This document shows positions 38,763-47,456 of a stretch of DNA of 64,000 nucleotides, in pieces; within the stretch, counting starts at the first letter, position 1; each line of letters opens with the position of its first letter. The notes below the pieces were generated by a model. That model searched no databases. It was not told the origin of the DNA and was given only the letters and a program-made list of their open reading frames with translations. The stretch is from Bacteroidota bacterium (lineage in GTDB: Bacteria > Bacteroidota > Bacteroidia > 2-12-FULL-35-15): the NCBI GenBank assembly GCA_025963715.1, contig JAOQAG010000008.1, positions 23,907 to 87,906 of the forward strand. The letters are read 5' to 3'. Made by a program: the position numbers and the translations under genes.

Positions 38763-41447
38763 TTAGTAGTCGTCTTCTTCCGGTTTTTTCGGTTTCTTTA
38801 ATTCTTTTTTCTCTTCTTTTTTATCGGCCTCTTCCCAGTTGATCTTAAATTTGGCAGCATCTTCCTGCTTTACTTTGTTTTTATCGTTCAAGGTCGAATC
38901 TTTTTTAAACAAGCCGAACTCATCCCTTAAAATTCCTTTCAGGTTTTGTTTTTCTATTTTCAAATCCTGTTTTACGTTTTGTACGGCGCTTTTCGAATCG
39001 TATTTGATGACTGGATTACTGATGTTACCTGTCATCAGGATAAAAATATTGGTGCGGCCCAACCCATCATCTGCCACTTCGCCAAATTCATCATTTTGTT
39101 TTTTTGCCGCTTTTGCTTTTCTCGAAAGCAGGTCGTTGAGCGATAATTTAATTTTGTAATTGATATCATTATTGAACGTATGTGTCCCGGAAAAAGAAAG
39201 GTTGATCGCGTTTGATTTTATTTCCATTTTCGGAATGCTGATCACCTGTTTTTTGATCTCGATCTGGTTTTTAAGTGTCGCAAAACGGATATTTTCCAAT
39301 TCTTTTAATTCAATGAAGCGCGATAAGCTTTTCATCGATTCCACATTGTCCAGCTCACCGTTATCAATACTCATGTCGATACCGGCATACAATTTATCCA
39401 TATCAATTTTTAATGAAGGCGATAACACGGCAGCAAACTGGATCTTGGCGGTGGCAATCCCTTTTATATTTTTATCTGTAATGGTTGTTTGTCCGAAATT
39501 TTCGAACTCTTCAAACATTTTGGCGATGCTGATCTTGTTGATATCTGAAAAGCAAGTGATGAGTAATTTTGTAGAATCACTTCCGTCGATGAGCCCGCTG
39601 GTGGTAATTGTACCGCCCATTGTATTGAGCGAGACCGGGTCCAGCACCATTTTTTTATCTTTTAATTTGATCACACCGCGAATGTTGCTTGCATCAAATT
39701 TCCGGAATTGCAAATGCTGGATCTCCGCGTTTAAATTCACATTGATGTGCTCCGAAAATTTCAGCATGTACTCACCGTCTTTTTTTACTTCTTTTACATC
39801 TTCGTGCCTGTTTGCCAGCAATTCGTTGAGATTGATCATGGAGGAATTCAGCGTGGCTTCCACCGTAATGTTTTCATTATCCTTCAATGCAAATCCCACG
39901 ATGTTCCTGAAAAAACCTTTTAATTCGAAATCGCTGCTGGATACTTTTCCTTTGAATTCATTTACCACCAGGTCGTTGTTGTTGAATTTAAAATCGCCCT
40001 GGATATTGGTAAAATTGAGCAGGTTATTTTTCAATTTTACATTTGCATCGGTAATGGCCATGTCGCCGGAGGTCACTACATTTTCATAGATATTGGAACC
40101 GGTTGCTTTTCCATCACTGCTAAATTCGGCATTGATCCGCAGGGAACCGCTGATACTTTCCACCGTATCGATTTTTATAAATTTCTGCACTTCCTGCAGT
40201 GTGGTATTCGCAATTATTTTTCCGGCAAAAGAAGGATTGGAAAGATTTTTCATTCGCAGCTCACCGCTTACAGATCCCTGGTTAATGATGGCTGAAAACT
40301 GCATCAGATCAAGTACAGAAACCTCGCCGGTATTTTTATTTCCATTGGAATAATGCCCCTGCAATGTTACATTTTTCAGGGAAATATCATTTTTTACCTG
40401 TTTGATGTTTGCCGATTTAATTCCAAAATCCGCAGTGATCTGCGGCGTATTTCCTTTTGCCAGGCTTCCCTGGATCAAAGCATTAAAATAAAATTCGCCA
40501 TCACTTTCGTAATCATTTATTTTGCCTTTGTATTTTGCCGGGATCAGCGAAAGCACGGATTTAATATCCATATCTTTTCCTTTCACACCAATGTTTACGA
40601 TCGGTTCGTTATTTGAATTGAGCACGTTTCCAAACACTTCAAAAAGCAAATCTTCAATTTTCAATTGCCCGGATGCGATCTTGTATTCGTTGGTTTTGTT
40701 ATTGACGTTCAGCGAAAATTCGGTATGGATATTTTTTTTGCGCAGGTAATTGGTGCTGTCGCTTTTTAAATAATTTACATACAGATCGGCAACGGTGTTG
40801 AGCGTGTAACTATCGTTGGAAAATTCGCCGGAAAATTTGCCGGACTTTATTTCTCCCTCAATCGCCTGGCGTGCTTTCGAATCTTTGTAATTTAATTTTA
40901 CACGATTTAAAATGATCTTTTCCAGTGCAAATGAAAATGCGGTGGAAGTTGTATCGGCGCTTTCTTTCCAGAAATGGTAATTGTCTTTTCCTTCTTTATC
41001 AATGCGTACACGCAGATCCACATCCGTTAATTCAATTTTTTTGATGTGGTACTTTTTTTTGAAAACATCCACAATGTTAAATTGCATGGAAATCTCACCG
41101 GCTTTGAACAAGGTATCTTTCCGCTTATCGGATCCGGCATCCAGCGCTTTTACATTTTTAAAATCGACGGAAGCATACGGGAAATTTTTCAGCACGGTAA
41201 AATCAATGTCTTTGCCTTCCACAATTACCTGCGTGTTCAGCTGTTTGTTCAATTCGCCAACAATGTATTCTTTTACTTCATCCTGGTAATAATGTACGAT
41301 CACAAATGCAACACCGACGATCAACACCACCAGCGTTAAAAATAAAATGCACAACCTTACCAGCCAGCGAACGGCCCAATGCATCCGTTTAGGCGCAGCA
41401 GGTGTATTCCCTTCCGGGATGGAGGTATTTGTATTTTCGTTAGTCAT
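38763..41447 (-). CDS. AsmA-family protein
   Basis: N-terminal TM anchor, long beta-rich body, AsmA-like C-terminus (LKNQIEIKKQVISIPKMEIKSNAINLSFSGTHTF). Confidence 0.82.
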   Translation of the reverse strand: MTNENTNTSIPEGNTPAAPKRMHWAVRWLVRLCILFLTLVVLIVGVAFVIVHYYQDEVKEYIVGELNKQLNTQVIVEGKDIDFTVLKNFPYASVDFKNVKALDAGSDKRKDTLFKAGEISMQFNIVDVFKKKYHIKKIELTDVDLRVRIDKEGKDNYHFWKESADTTSTAFSFALEKIILNRVKLNYKDSKARQAIEGEIKSGKFSGEFSNDSYTLNTVADLYVNYLKSDSTNYLRKKNIHTEFSLNVNNKTNEYKIASGQLKIEDLLFEVFGNVLNSNNEPIVNIGVKGKDMDIKSVLSLIPAKYKGKINDYESDGEFYFNALIQGSLAKGNTPQITADFGIKSANIKQVKNDISLKNVTLQGHYSNGNKNTGEVSVLDLMQFSAIINQGSVSGELRMKNLSNPSFAGKIIANTTLQEVQKFIKIDTVESISGSLRINAEFSSDGKATGSNIYENVVTSGDMAITDANVKLKNNLLNFTNIQGDFKFNNNDLVVNEFKGKVSSSDFELKGFFRNIVGFALKDNENITVEATLNSSMINLNELLANRHEDVKEVKKDGEYMLKFSEHINVNLNAEIQHLQFRKFDASNIRGVIKLKDKKMVLDPVSLNTMGGTITTSGLIDGSDSTKLLITCFSDINKISIAKMFEEFENFGQTTITDKNIKGIATAKIQFAAVLSPSLKIDMDKLYAGIDMSIDNGELDNVESMKSLSRFIELKELENIRFATLKNQIEIKKQVISIPKMEIKSNAINLSFSGTHTFNNDINYKIKLSLNDLLSRKAKAAKKQNDEFGEVADDGLGRTNIFILMTGNISNPVIKYDSKSAVQNVKQDLKIEKQNLKGILRDEFGLFKKDSTLNDKNKVKQEDAAKFKINWEEADKKEEKKELKKPKKPEEDDY

Positions 41448-41546
41448 CGGAAGAACCGTAATTCATACAAAGTTTATAAAAATAGCGTGTAGTGCTTTGG
41501 AGTTCAGGCAGATGTTATCAATAACGGAAAGTGAATAAGTTTAGTA

Positions 41547-41970
41547 TTACGGATAACGCCCGCCTGAACGATTCGGGCAGGAACAGGAACGTCCTTCGAC
41601 AAACTCAGGATGACAACGAATCTGCGTAGAGCCAACGAATAACGAATTTTAACGAATAACGAATCTGCGTAGGGTACGGGTAACAGGAACGAATATTCCC
41701 CCCGCCTGAATGACGCAGTCGGGCAGAAATCTGTGTGGATGGGGTGTATGATGGAACGCGTATTTGGCAGATGTAACGGATAAAGGCGGATATTGAACCA
41801 CAAAAGAAAACAAAAGGACTCAAAAGAATTGGATGTAACATACCAACGTGAATTCCTTGATAGGCGAGGTAAGTAAAGCCTTTGCGCTTTTCTTTGCGCC
41901 TCTGCGACTTTGCGGTTATTTTTTAGCAAACACAGCAAACTTTGAACTTTCAAACTTTAAACTTTGAACT
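41547..41970. repeat. Nested intergenic repeat mosaic
   Basis: CCCGCC..GGGCAG(G) inserts at 41559-41581 and ~41701-41726; GTCCTTCGACAAACTCAGGATGAC at 41591-41614; segment shared with 10388-10445; heptamer run at 41937-41970. Confidence 0.75.
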
Positions 41971-41973
41971 CCC

Positions 41974-43662
41974 TTATTCCCCGCTGCTAATCATTTTCAG
42001 CATTCCTACTTCTGATTCGGTTAAAAGTCTCCAGCGGCCGCGCGGCATGTCTTTTTTGGTCAGTGGGCCAAACACAACCCGGTCGAGCTTACGGACATTG
42101 TATCCCAGGTGTTCGAAAATACGGCGTACAATGCGGTTTTTACCGGAGTGAATCTCTACGCCTACATTGGTTTTATCTTTTCCATCGGCAACGTAGGAGA
42201 TCTCATCCACTTTGATCGGGCCGTCTTCCAACTCCAAACCTTCTGTGATCAGGTCGAAATCCGAGCGTTTCAGCGGTTTGTCCAATTCTACATGGTAGAT
42301 CTTACGCACGCCGTAGCGCGGATGGGTTAATTTTTTTGTTAGTTCACCATCATTGGTAAACATCAGCAAACCGGTAGTAGCCCTGTCGAGGCGGCCAACC
42401 GGGTAAATGCGTTCGCGGCAGGCATCCTGTACCAACTCCAGCACGGTTTTGCGCTGTTGCGGATCGTCAGATGTAGTCACATAATCCTTCGGTTTGTTGA
42501 GGATCAGGTATACCAAACGCTCCTTTTTCAGGGTTTGTCCGCCATACTTGATCACATCCGTAGGTTTTACTTTGTAACCCATTTCGGTGATCACTTTTCC
42601 GTTTACCTGCACCACGCCTGATTCGATCAGATCGTCGGCCTCCCGGCGGGAACAAATCCCGGCATTGGCAATGTATTTATTTAAACGGATGGTGTCATCG
42701 TCGTTTGATTTGTGCATTCCTGAAGCCGGGCCTTTACCGGATGATTTTTTCTCATACGCGCGTTTTTTATACGGGCGTGAATGGTTCAAACTGTTCCGTT
42801 CGGTACGCGGTGCGCTGTCTCCCTCATCGTCTTTCGGTCTTGGCGCTGCTTTTTTAGTACCATTCTTTTTATCCAGGTATTCCTGTTCGTAATCAATTGC
42901 ACGGTCGCTTGCTCTTACAAAAGCCGGTTTTGATTCGTAAAAATCATCATCATAGCTTTTTTTAGAAGCGCTTTTTTCCGATCTGTCATCATCATCGCGT
43001 GTTTTACGGAAAGTTGGTTTATCAGAAGAAACACGGCGTTTGTTCTCTGTATAGCTTGATTTTTTCTCGCGGTCGAAGGATGCCGGTTTCTTTTCGGAAG
43101 AATCGTCGTTACGGGTTTTGCGGAAAGCTGGTTTATCGCCGTAGGATTTGCGTTTATCATCGCCGTAAGCCGGTTTTTTCTCGCGGTCAAAAGAGGCCGG
43201 TTTCCGTTCGGAAGAATCAGTATCACGGGTTTTGCGGAACACTGGTTTATCGCCGAAAGGTTTGCGTTTGTCATCGCTGTAAGCTGATTTTTTCTCGCGA
43301 TCGAAGGAAGCAGGTTTCCGTTCGGAAGAATCAGTATCACGGGTTTTACGGAACGCTGGTTTATCGCCGTAACCGGATTTTTTTTCGCGGTCAAATGCAG
43401 GTTTTCTTTCGGAAGAATCATCGTCATCACGCTTTTTACGGAATGCAGGTTTATCGCCGAAAGGCTTGCGCTTATTATCGCCGTAGCCGGAAGCACTGCT
43501 TTTTCGAGGCGCGGAGCTTCCAAAGTCAGATGGACGGGAATCATCGCGGTAACGCTCAAAAGCTGGTTTTTGATCCTTTTTTGAGTCTTTGCGGGATTTT
43601 GGTTCAGACGATTTTTTATCCTTAAAATCTTTGCTGTTACTGCGTTTGAATTCCTTTGCCAT
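41974..43662 (-). CDS. rluB: RsuA/RluB-family pseudouridine synthase with a long repetitive charged N-terminus
   Basis: S4 domain IRLNKYIANAGICSRREAD; catalytic YPVGRLDRATTGL; start placed at ATG 43662 because a TATCTTTG element lies at 43680-43687. Confidence 0.9.
   Translation of the reverse strand: MAKEFKRSNSKDFKDKKSSEPKSRKDSKKDQKPAFERYRDDSRPSDFGSSAPRKSSASGYGDNKRKPFGDKPAFRKKRDDDDSSERKPAFDREKKSGYGDKPAFRKTRDTDSSERKPASFDREKKSAYSDDKRKPFGDKPVFRKTRDTDSSERKPASFDREKKPAYGDDKRKSYGDKPAFRKTRNDDSSEKKPASFDREKKSSYTENKRRVSSDKPTFRKTRDDDDRSEKSASKKSYDDDFYESKPAFVRASDRAIDYEQEYLDKKNGTKKAAPRPKDDEGDSAPRTERNSLNHSRPYKKRAYEKKSSGKGPASGMHKSNDDDTIRLNKYIANAGICSRREADDLIESGVVQVNGKVITEMGYKVKPTDVIKYGGQTLKKERLVYLILNKPKDYVTTSDDPQQRKTVLELVQDACRERIYPVGRLDRATTGLLMFTNDGELTKKLTHPRYGVRKIYHVELDKPLKRSDFDLITEGLELEDGPIKVDEISYVADGKDKTNVGVEIHSGKNRIVRRIFEHLGYNVRKLDRVVFGPLTKKDMPRGRWRLLTESEVGMLKMISSGE
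43000..43470. repeat. Coding tandem repeat, 114-nt (38-aa) period
   Basis: ggtttatc anchors at 43016, 43130, 43244, 43358 and 43448; peptide DKPAFRKTRDTDSSERKPASFDREKK. Confidence 0.85.
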
Positions 43663-43679
43663 TTTACTGATTTTTTTTG

Positions 43680-43687
43680 CAAAGATA
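43680..43687 (-). promoter_or_regulatory. Bacteroidota -7 promoter element
   Basis: TATCTTTG on the minus strand, 17 nt upstream of ATG 43662. Confidence 0.55.
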
Positions 43688-43718
43688 GGTATTTTTTCTC
43701 GTAGAATCGCGGATTTTA

Positions 43719-44020
43719 CCACTAAGGCACTAAGAACACTAAGGGTTGTACTCGCTGGCTCGTTTTCTGGTTTTTTCTCGCAGAGGCGCAGAGAACGCGG
43801 AGCTGGGTGTTCGCGGGCTCACGTTTTTTACCACTAAGACACTAAGGACACTAAGCTAATGGCTCGCAGGCTCGCATTTTTTCTCGCAGAGACGCGGAGA
43901 ACGTGGAGCTGGATGCTCGCGGGCTCACGTTTTTTTACCACTAAGGCACTAAGGACACTAAGCTAATGGCTCGCAGGCTCGCATTTTTTCTCGCAGAGAC
44001 GCAAAGTTCGCAAAGGCTAC
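43719..44020. repeat. ~106-bp tandem repeat built from CACTAAG and CGCAGAG short repeats
   Basis: ttttttctcgcagag at 43771, 43877 and 43984; ccactaag..cactaag..cactaag triplets. Confidence 0.8.
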
Positions 44021-44132
44021 GTGTTTGCTGGGTGCTTGCAGGTTCGGTTGTGATTTCCAGCGGAAACGCAGAGATCAGATGCGCTACGTTCCACACCACC
44101 TACCGACTAATTACTAAAGACTATTTACTAAA

Positions 44133-44495
44133 TTAAACTAAAGGATAAAAGGCGGCTTCGATGTGGTTTATCTGTGGATTACTGGCATTCATTACTACCG
44201 AAATAATATCGAAACGGACTTCCAGGTCGAGCTGATAGCGCTCAATGTATTCGTGCGCTGCTTTGATGAGGTTCTTTTGTTTCTGACGGGTAACAAAGGT
44301 TTCGGGCTCACCGAAAAAGGCGGTGCTGCGGGTTTTTACTTCAGCTACCACGAGCGTATCGGCGAGGATGGCAATAATGTCGGCTTCCAGGTTCCGGAAC
44401 CGCCAGTTTGTTTCCAGGATGTCGTATCCTTTGCTTTTCAGATAATCTGCTGCCAGCTCTTCCCCTTTTTTACCCGTTACATTGTGTTCTGCCAT
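44133..44495 (-). CDS. yraN: YraN-family (UPF0102) putative endonuclease
   Basis: GKKGEELAADYL, NWR, EADII, EVKTR, RFDIISV. Confidence 0.93.
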   Translation of the reverse strand: MAEHNVTGKKGEELAADYLKSKGYDILETNWRFRNLEADIIAILADTLVVAEVKTRSTAFFGEPETFVTRQKQKNLIKAAHEYIERYQLDLEVRFDIISVVMNASNPQINHIEAAFYPLV

Positions 44496-44677
44496 ATTTT
44501 TTTACATTTTTTAAATTGAGCATCGCCATTTCGTGGCAAATATGAACAATTTAAACCTTCTCCTGCATTTTGACCCCGTATTTTGGTACGAGTTTTGAAA
44601 AGGATGCCCGGCTGAATTAAAATTTTACTATTTTAGCACAACGTCTAAACTAAAACCAAACAACAAACCATTATAAA

Positions 44678-45325
44678 ATGAAAAAAAACCTGTTAAAAAT
44701 CGTTTCAGTAACAGCAATCCTTATTGCATTTGCTTTTTCTGCTTCAGCACAAACATTTGAAGGTGTTATTGAATTTAAAAAACAATCGACGACCGATACC
44801 ACCAATTACATTTATTATGTGAAAGATAACATGGTACGTATTGATGAAATAGGTTCGAAATCCCATAAAGTAGAAGGTACTTTTTTAGTGAACATGGATG
44901 AAAAAACAATGATGTCGCTGAACCACGAGCGTAAATTGTACATGACACAAAATAACCCGACTGCTCCTGTAGTTAAAGGAACATGTGTTGTAAAAAAAGG
45001 CCAGAATGTAAAAAACCTGCAGGGTTATAAATGTGTGGAATATACGGTTACCAACCAGGAAGAAGGAACGATCATCACATATTGGATCGCAGACGGAAAA
45101 TTCACATTCTTCGAAAAAATGTTGCGTCAGCTGAACCGTAAAGATAAATCATCGGTTTATTTTTTACAGATCCCGGATATTAAAAATGTGTTCCCGATGT
45201 TGTCTGTACAAACAGACCTGACAGGAAAAGAACAGGTAAAACTGGAAGTAACAAAAATCACAAAAAAAGTAATCGATCCTTCGATGTTTGAAGTTCCGAA
45301 AGGATATAACAAATTTGAAAAATAG
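44678..45325 (+). CDS. Secreted DUF4412-like protein
   Basis: Signal peptide; FEGVIEF, LQGYKCVEY, FEVPKGY. Confidence 0.75.
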   Translation: MKKNLLKIVSVTAILIAFAFSASAQTFEGVIEFKKQSTTDTTNYIYYVKDNMVRIDEIGSKSHKVEGTFLVNMDEKTMMSLNHERKLYMTQNNPTAPVVKGTCVVKKGQNVKNLQGYKCVEYTVTNQEEGTIITYWIADGKFTFFEKMLRQLNRKDKSSVYFLQIPDIKNVFPMLSVQTDLTGKEQVKLEVTKITKKVIDPSMFEVPKGYNKFEK

Positions 45326-45346
45326 TTTTTAGGACTTAAAAAAATG

Positions 45347-45377
45347 AAACGCTCATCTGAAAAGGTGGGCGTTTTTT
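45347..45377 (+). terminator. Rho-independent terminator
   Basis: aaacgctcatct-gaaa-aggtgggcgttt followed by T residues. Confidence 0.7.
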
Positions 45378-45464
45378 ATTTGTATGGAACGCGGATGATG
45401 CGGATAGGGCGGATAAAAACGGATCAATACCAAATGTGTTTACTGAACTTGGCGTCTTATTTTT

Positions 45465-45723
45465 GCCACAGATTCACAGATTAAAAATGGAAAAGGGATT
45501 TTCACAGATCATTCAAATCGCTTTGCGATTTAGATAATTTGTGTAATTAATTGAACTTCCAGGCGCGAGTGTCCCAACGTGCCAAACTATTTTATGGCAT
45601 CTTGCCATTATTTAAAGTATTTAAGAGCAGGACGCTCTAAAAATAAAGAGGCACGACACTCGCGCCTGCGTGCAATTAATTGAAATAAAAAATCTGTGTC
45701 CCGATAGTTATCGGGGCTGTGGC
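45465..45723. repeat. GCCACAGATTCACAGAT palindromic element carrying two nested insertions
   Basis: Inverted homolog of 38459-38575; REP doublet at 45556-45673 flanked by AATTAATTGAA repeats; tcccgatagttatcgggg at 45699-45716. Confidence 0.75.
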
Positions 45724-46323
45724 TAATTGTTTTTGTGATTATTTTTTGAGATCTCTGCTTTTTTATTCATCCGTTCAGCCAGTATTTCCAATCCTTTTTT
45801 TAAATCATTATTAGCATTTTTAAATGTGTATGTGATCTCTTCCGTTACGGCGTTAACCTTATTATCAAATTTTACAGAAGCAGGATTGTAGTTATATGAA
45901 CGTCCTATCCAAAAGAGGCTGCTGCCAGAGCCATATCTTCTTGGTCTTAAAAAAATGCTCAACGCAACAGCCAAAGCTAATTCCCCATTTGTTGACGAAG
46001 GCCTGTCATCTTGAATGCTGTCTTCTTTTGTATATTCAAATCCGGAGAGTTCATCAAAATAATAAGTATCTCCTTTTGCAAAAAACTTCGAAAAGAAATT
46101 AGGCCGGATAATGTTAAATTTATCTTCGTACACTTCAAGAATGTAATAGTTTGTATTCATAAGTACAAACAACGAAAACACTATAATTACAAGAAGAATT
46201 ACCCGGTCATCCCGGTATAGAAACGCCAGCGGAAGAGCAAGCGCGATCACCGCCATTTTAGATAAATAAAAACTAAGTGGAAGCGAATATTTGTAAAGTG
46301 GCTGATCGGTTGGTGATTTCATT
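45723..46323 (-). CDS. Hypothetical membrane protein
   Basis: Two N-terminal TM helices then a soluble domain; probable start MKSPTDQ at 46323. Confidence 0.6.
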
Positions 46324-46435
46324 GGGATGAAATTAATTAGAGTGTATTTTATAAAATTATAAGCTGTGTTTTTTATTACCCCTGTCAGGGACAAAAAAGC
46401 CCTGACAGAGGCTGCTCTGAGAAAAAATCAATTAT

Positions 46436-47326
46436 TTAAAATGATACCGTGGATTGATCTTTGCCAATCTTTAGCTTCACTTTTCTGCCAAATATCATTG
46501 CTAAATTGCGATCAATATGTCCGGCAGGAAAATTAAAACACACCGGATAATTGTATTCTTTTACCGCATCCATGATAATTTCCTCTGCTGATTTACCAAA
46601 CGGAATTGTATTGTCTTTCATGTCCGTCATTCCGCCAATAACCAAACCGGCCAGGTCACTTAATTTCCCGGCACGTTTCAGGTTCAGCATCATCCGATCG
46701 ATGTGATATAAATATTCATCCAGGTCTTCCAGGAATAAAATTTTTCCTTTGGTGAAAACGTCGGAACTGCTTGCTGTGAGTGCATATAAAAGGGAAAGGT
46801 TTCCTCCCGCCAGCTCGCCTTCTGCAAGCCCATTTCTGTTTAGTGCATGTGGCTCTATTTCATAGCTTAACTTTTCGCCGGTCAATGCTTTTAAAAGCGT
46901 GGATGTTGCTTCTTCATTTTTTGCAAAATTGATCGGCATGGTGGCATGCAGCGTTTCGATCCCGAAATTATGAATGTGCGAGTGCAGCACGGTAATATCG
47001 CTGTAGCCGATCAGCCATTTTGGCGATTGACGGAATTTAGTAAAATCAATTTTATCGATGATGCGCATCGTACCGTAACCGCCGCGTGCGCTGATAATGG
47101 CTTTGATAGCGGGATCATCCAGCATTTGCTGCAGATCGGCAGCGCGCTGATCGTCCGTTCCTGAAAACTGGTGATCGGCATTGAACAGGTTTTTCCCAAA
47201 CACTACTTCCAGTCCGTTGTCATTGAAAAATTGCACAGCAGGTTTTAATTCGTCCGGCGATATTTTCCGGGCGCAAGCCACGATGCCTATTTTATCGCCT
47301 TTTTTAAGGTAGGATGGAGTGTTCAT
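46436..47326 (-). CDS. LD-carboxypeptidase (peptidase S66)
   Basis: ARGGYG, GYSDIT (catalytic Ser), GGNLS, LFLED, PAGH. Confidence 0.94.
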   Translation of the reverse strand: MNTPSYLKKGDKIGIVACARKISPDELKPAVQFFNDNGLEVVFGKNLFNADHQFSGTDDQRAADLQQMLDDPAIKAIISARGGYGTMRIIDKIDFTKFRQSPKWLIGYSDITVLHSHIHNFGIETLHATMPINFAKNEEATSTLLKALTGEKLSYEIEPHALNRNGLAEGELAGGNLSLLYALTASSSDVFTKGKILFLEDLDEYLYHIDRMMLNLKRAGKLSDLAGLVIGGMTDMKDNTIPFGKSAEEIIMDAVKEYNYPVCFNFPAGHIDRNLAMIFGRKVKLKIGKDQSTVSF

Positions 47327-47353
47327 TTTATTCGGGAATCAGTAACAAATTCT

Positions 47354-47361
47354 TATCTTTG
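47354..47361 (+). promoter_or_regulatory. Bacteroidota -7 promoter element for metG
   Basis: TATCTTTG upstream of metG. Confidence 0.5.
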
Positions 47362-47456
47362 AACGCAATTTACGAAAAATAGATATTAGATTTGAGATGT
47401 TAGATTTTAGACCGTTCTATTCGTAAAATCTGCAAAATTTCATCATTCATCAATAT

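Noticed and set aside
38839..41339. Long plus-strand ORFs (e.g. 309 aa at 39160..40089)
   Set aside because: Antisense shadows of the AsmA-family gene with no recognisable motifs.
42915..43682. 255-aa and 208-aa alternative-frame ORFs
   Set aside because: By-products of the 114-nt coding tandem repeat.
43719..44020. Possible CRISPR array
   Set aside because: The intervening sequences are repeated rather than unique, the repeats are degenerate, and no cas genes are present.
46381..46411. CCTGTCAGGG...CCCTGACAGAGG hairpin as a separate mobile family
   Set aside because: Single copy in the window; cannot be distinguished from a terminator of the LD-carboxypeptidase gene.
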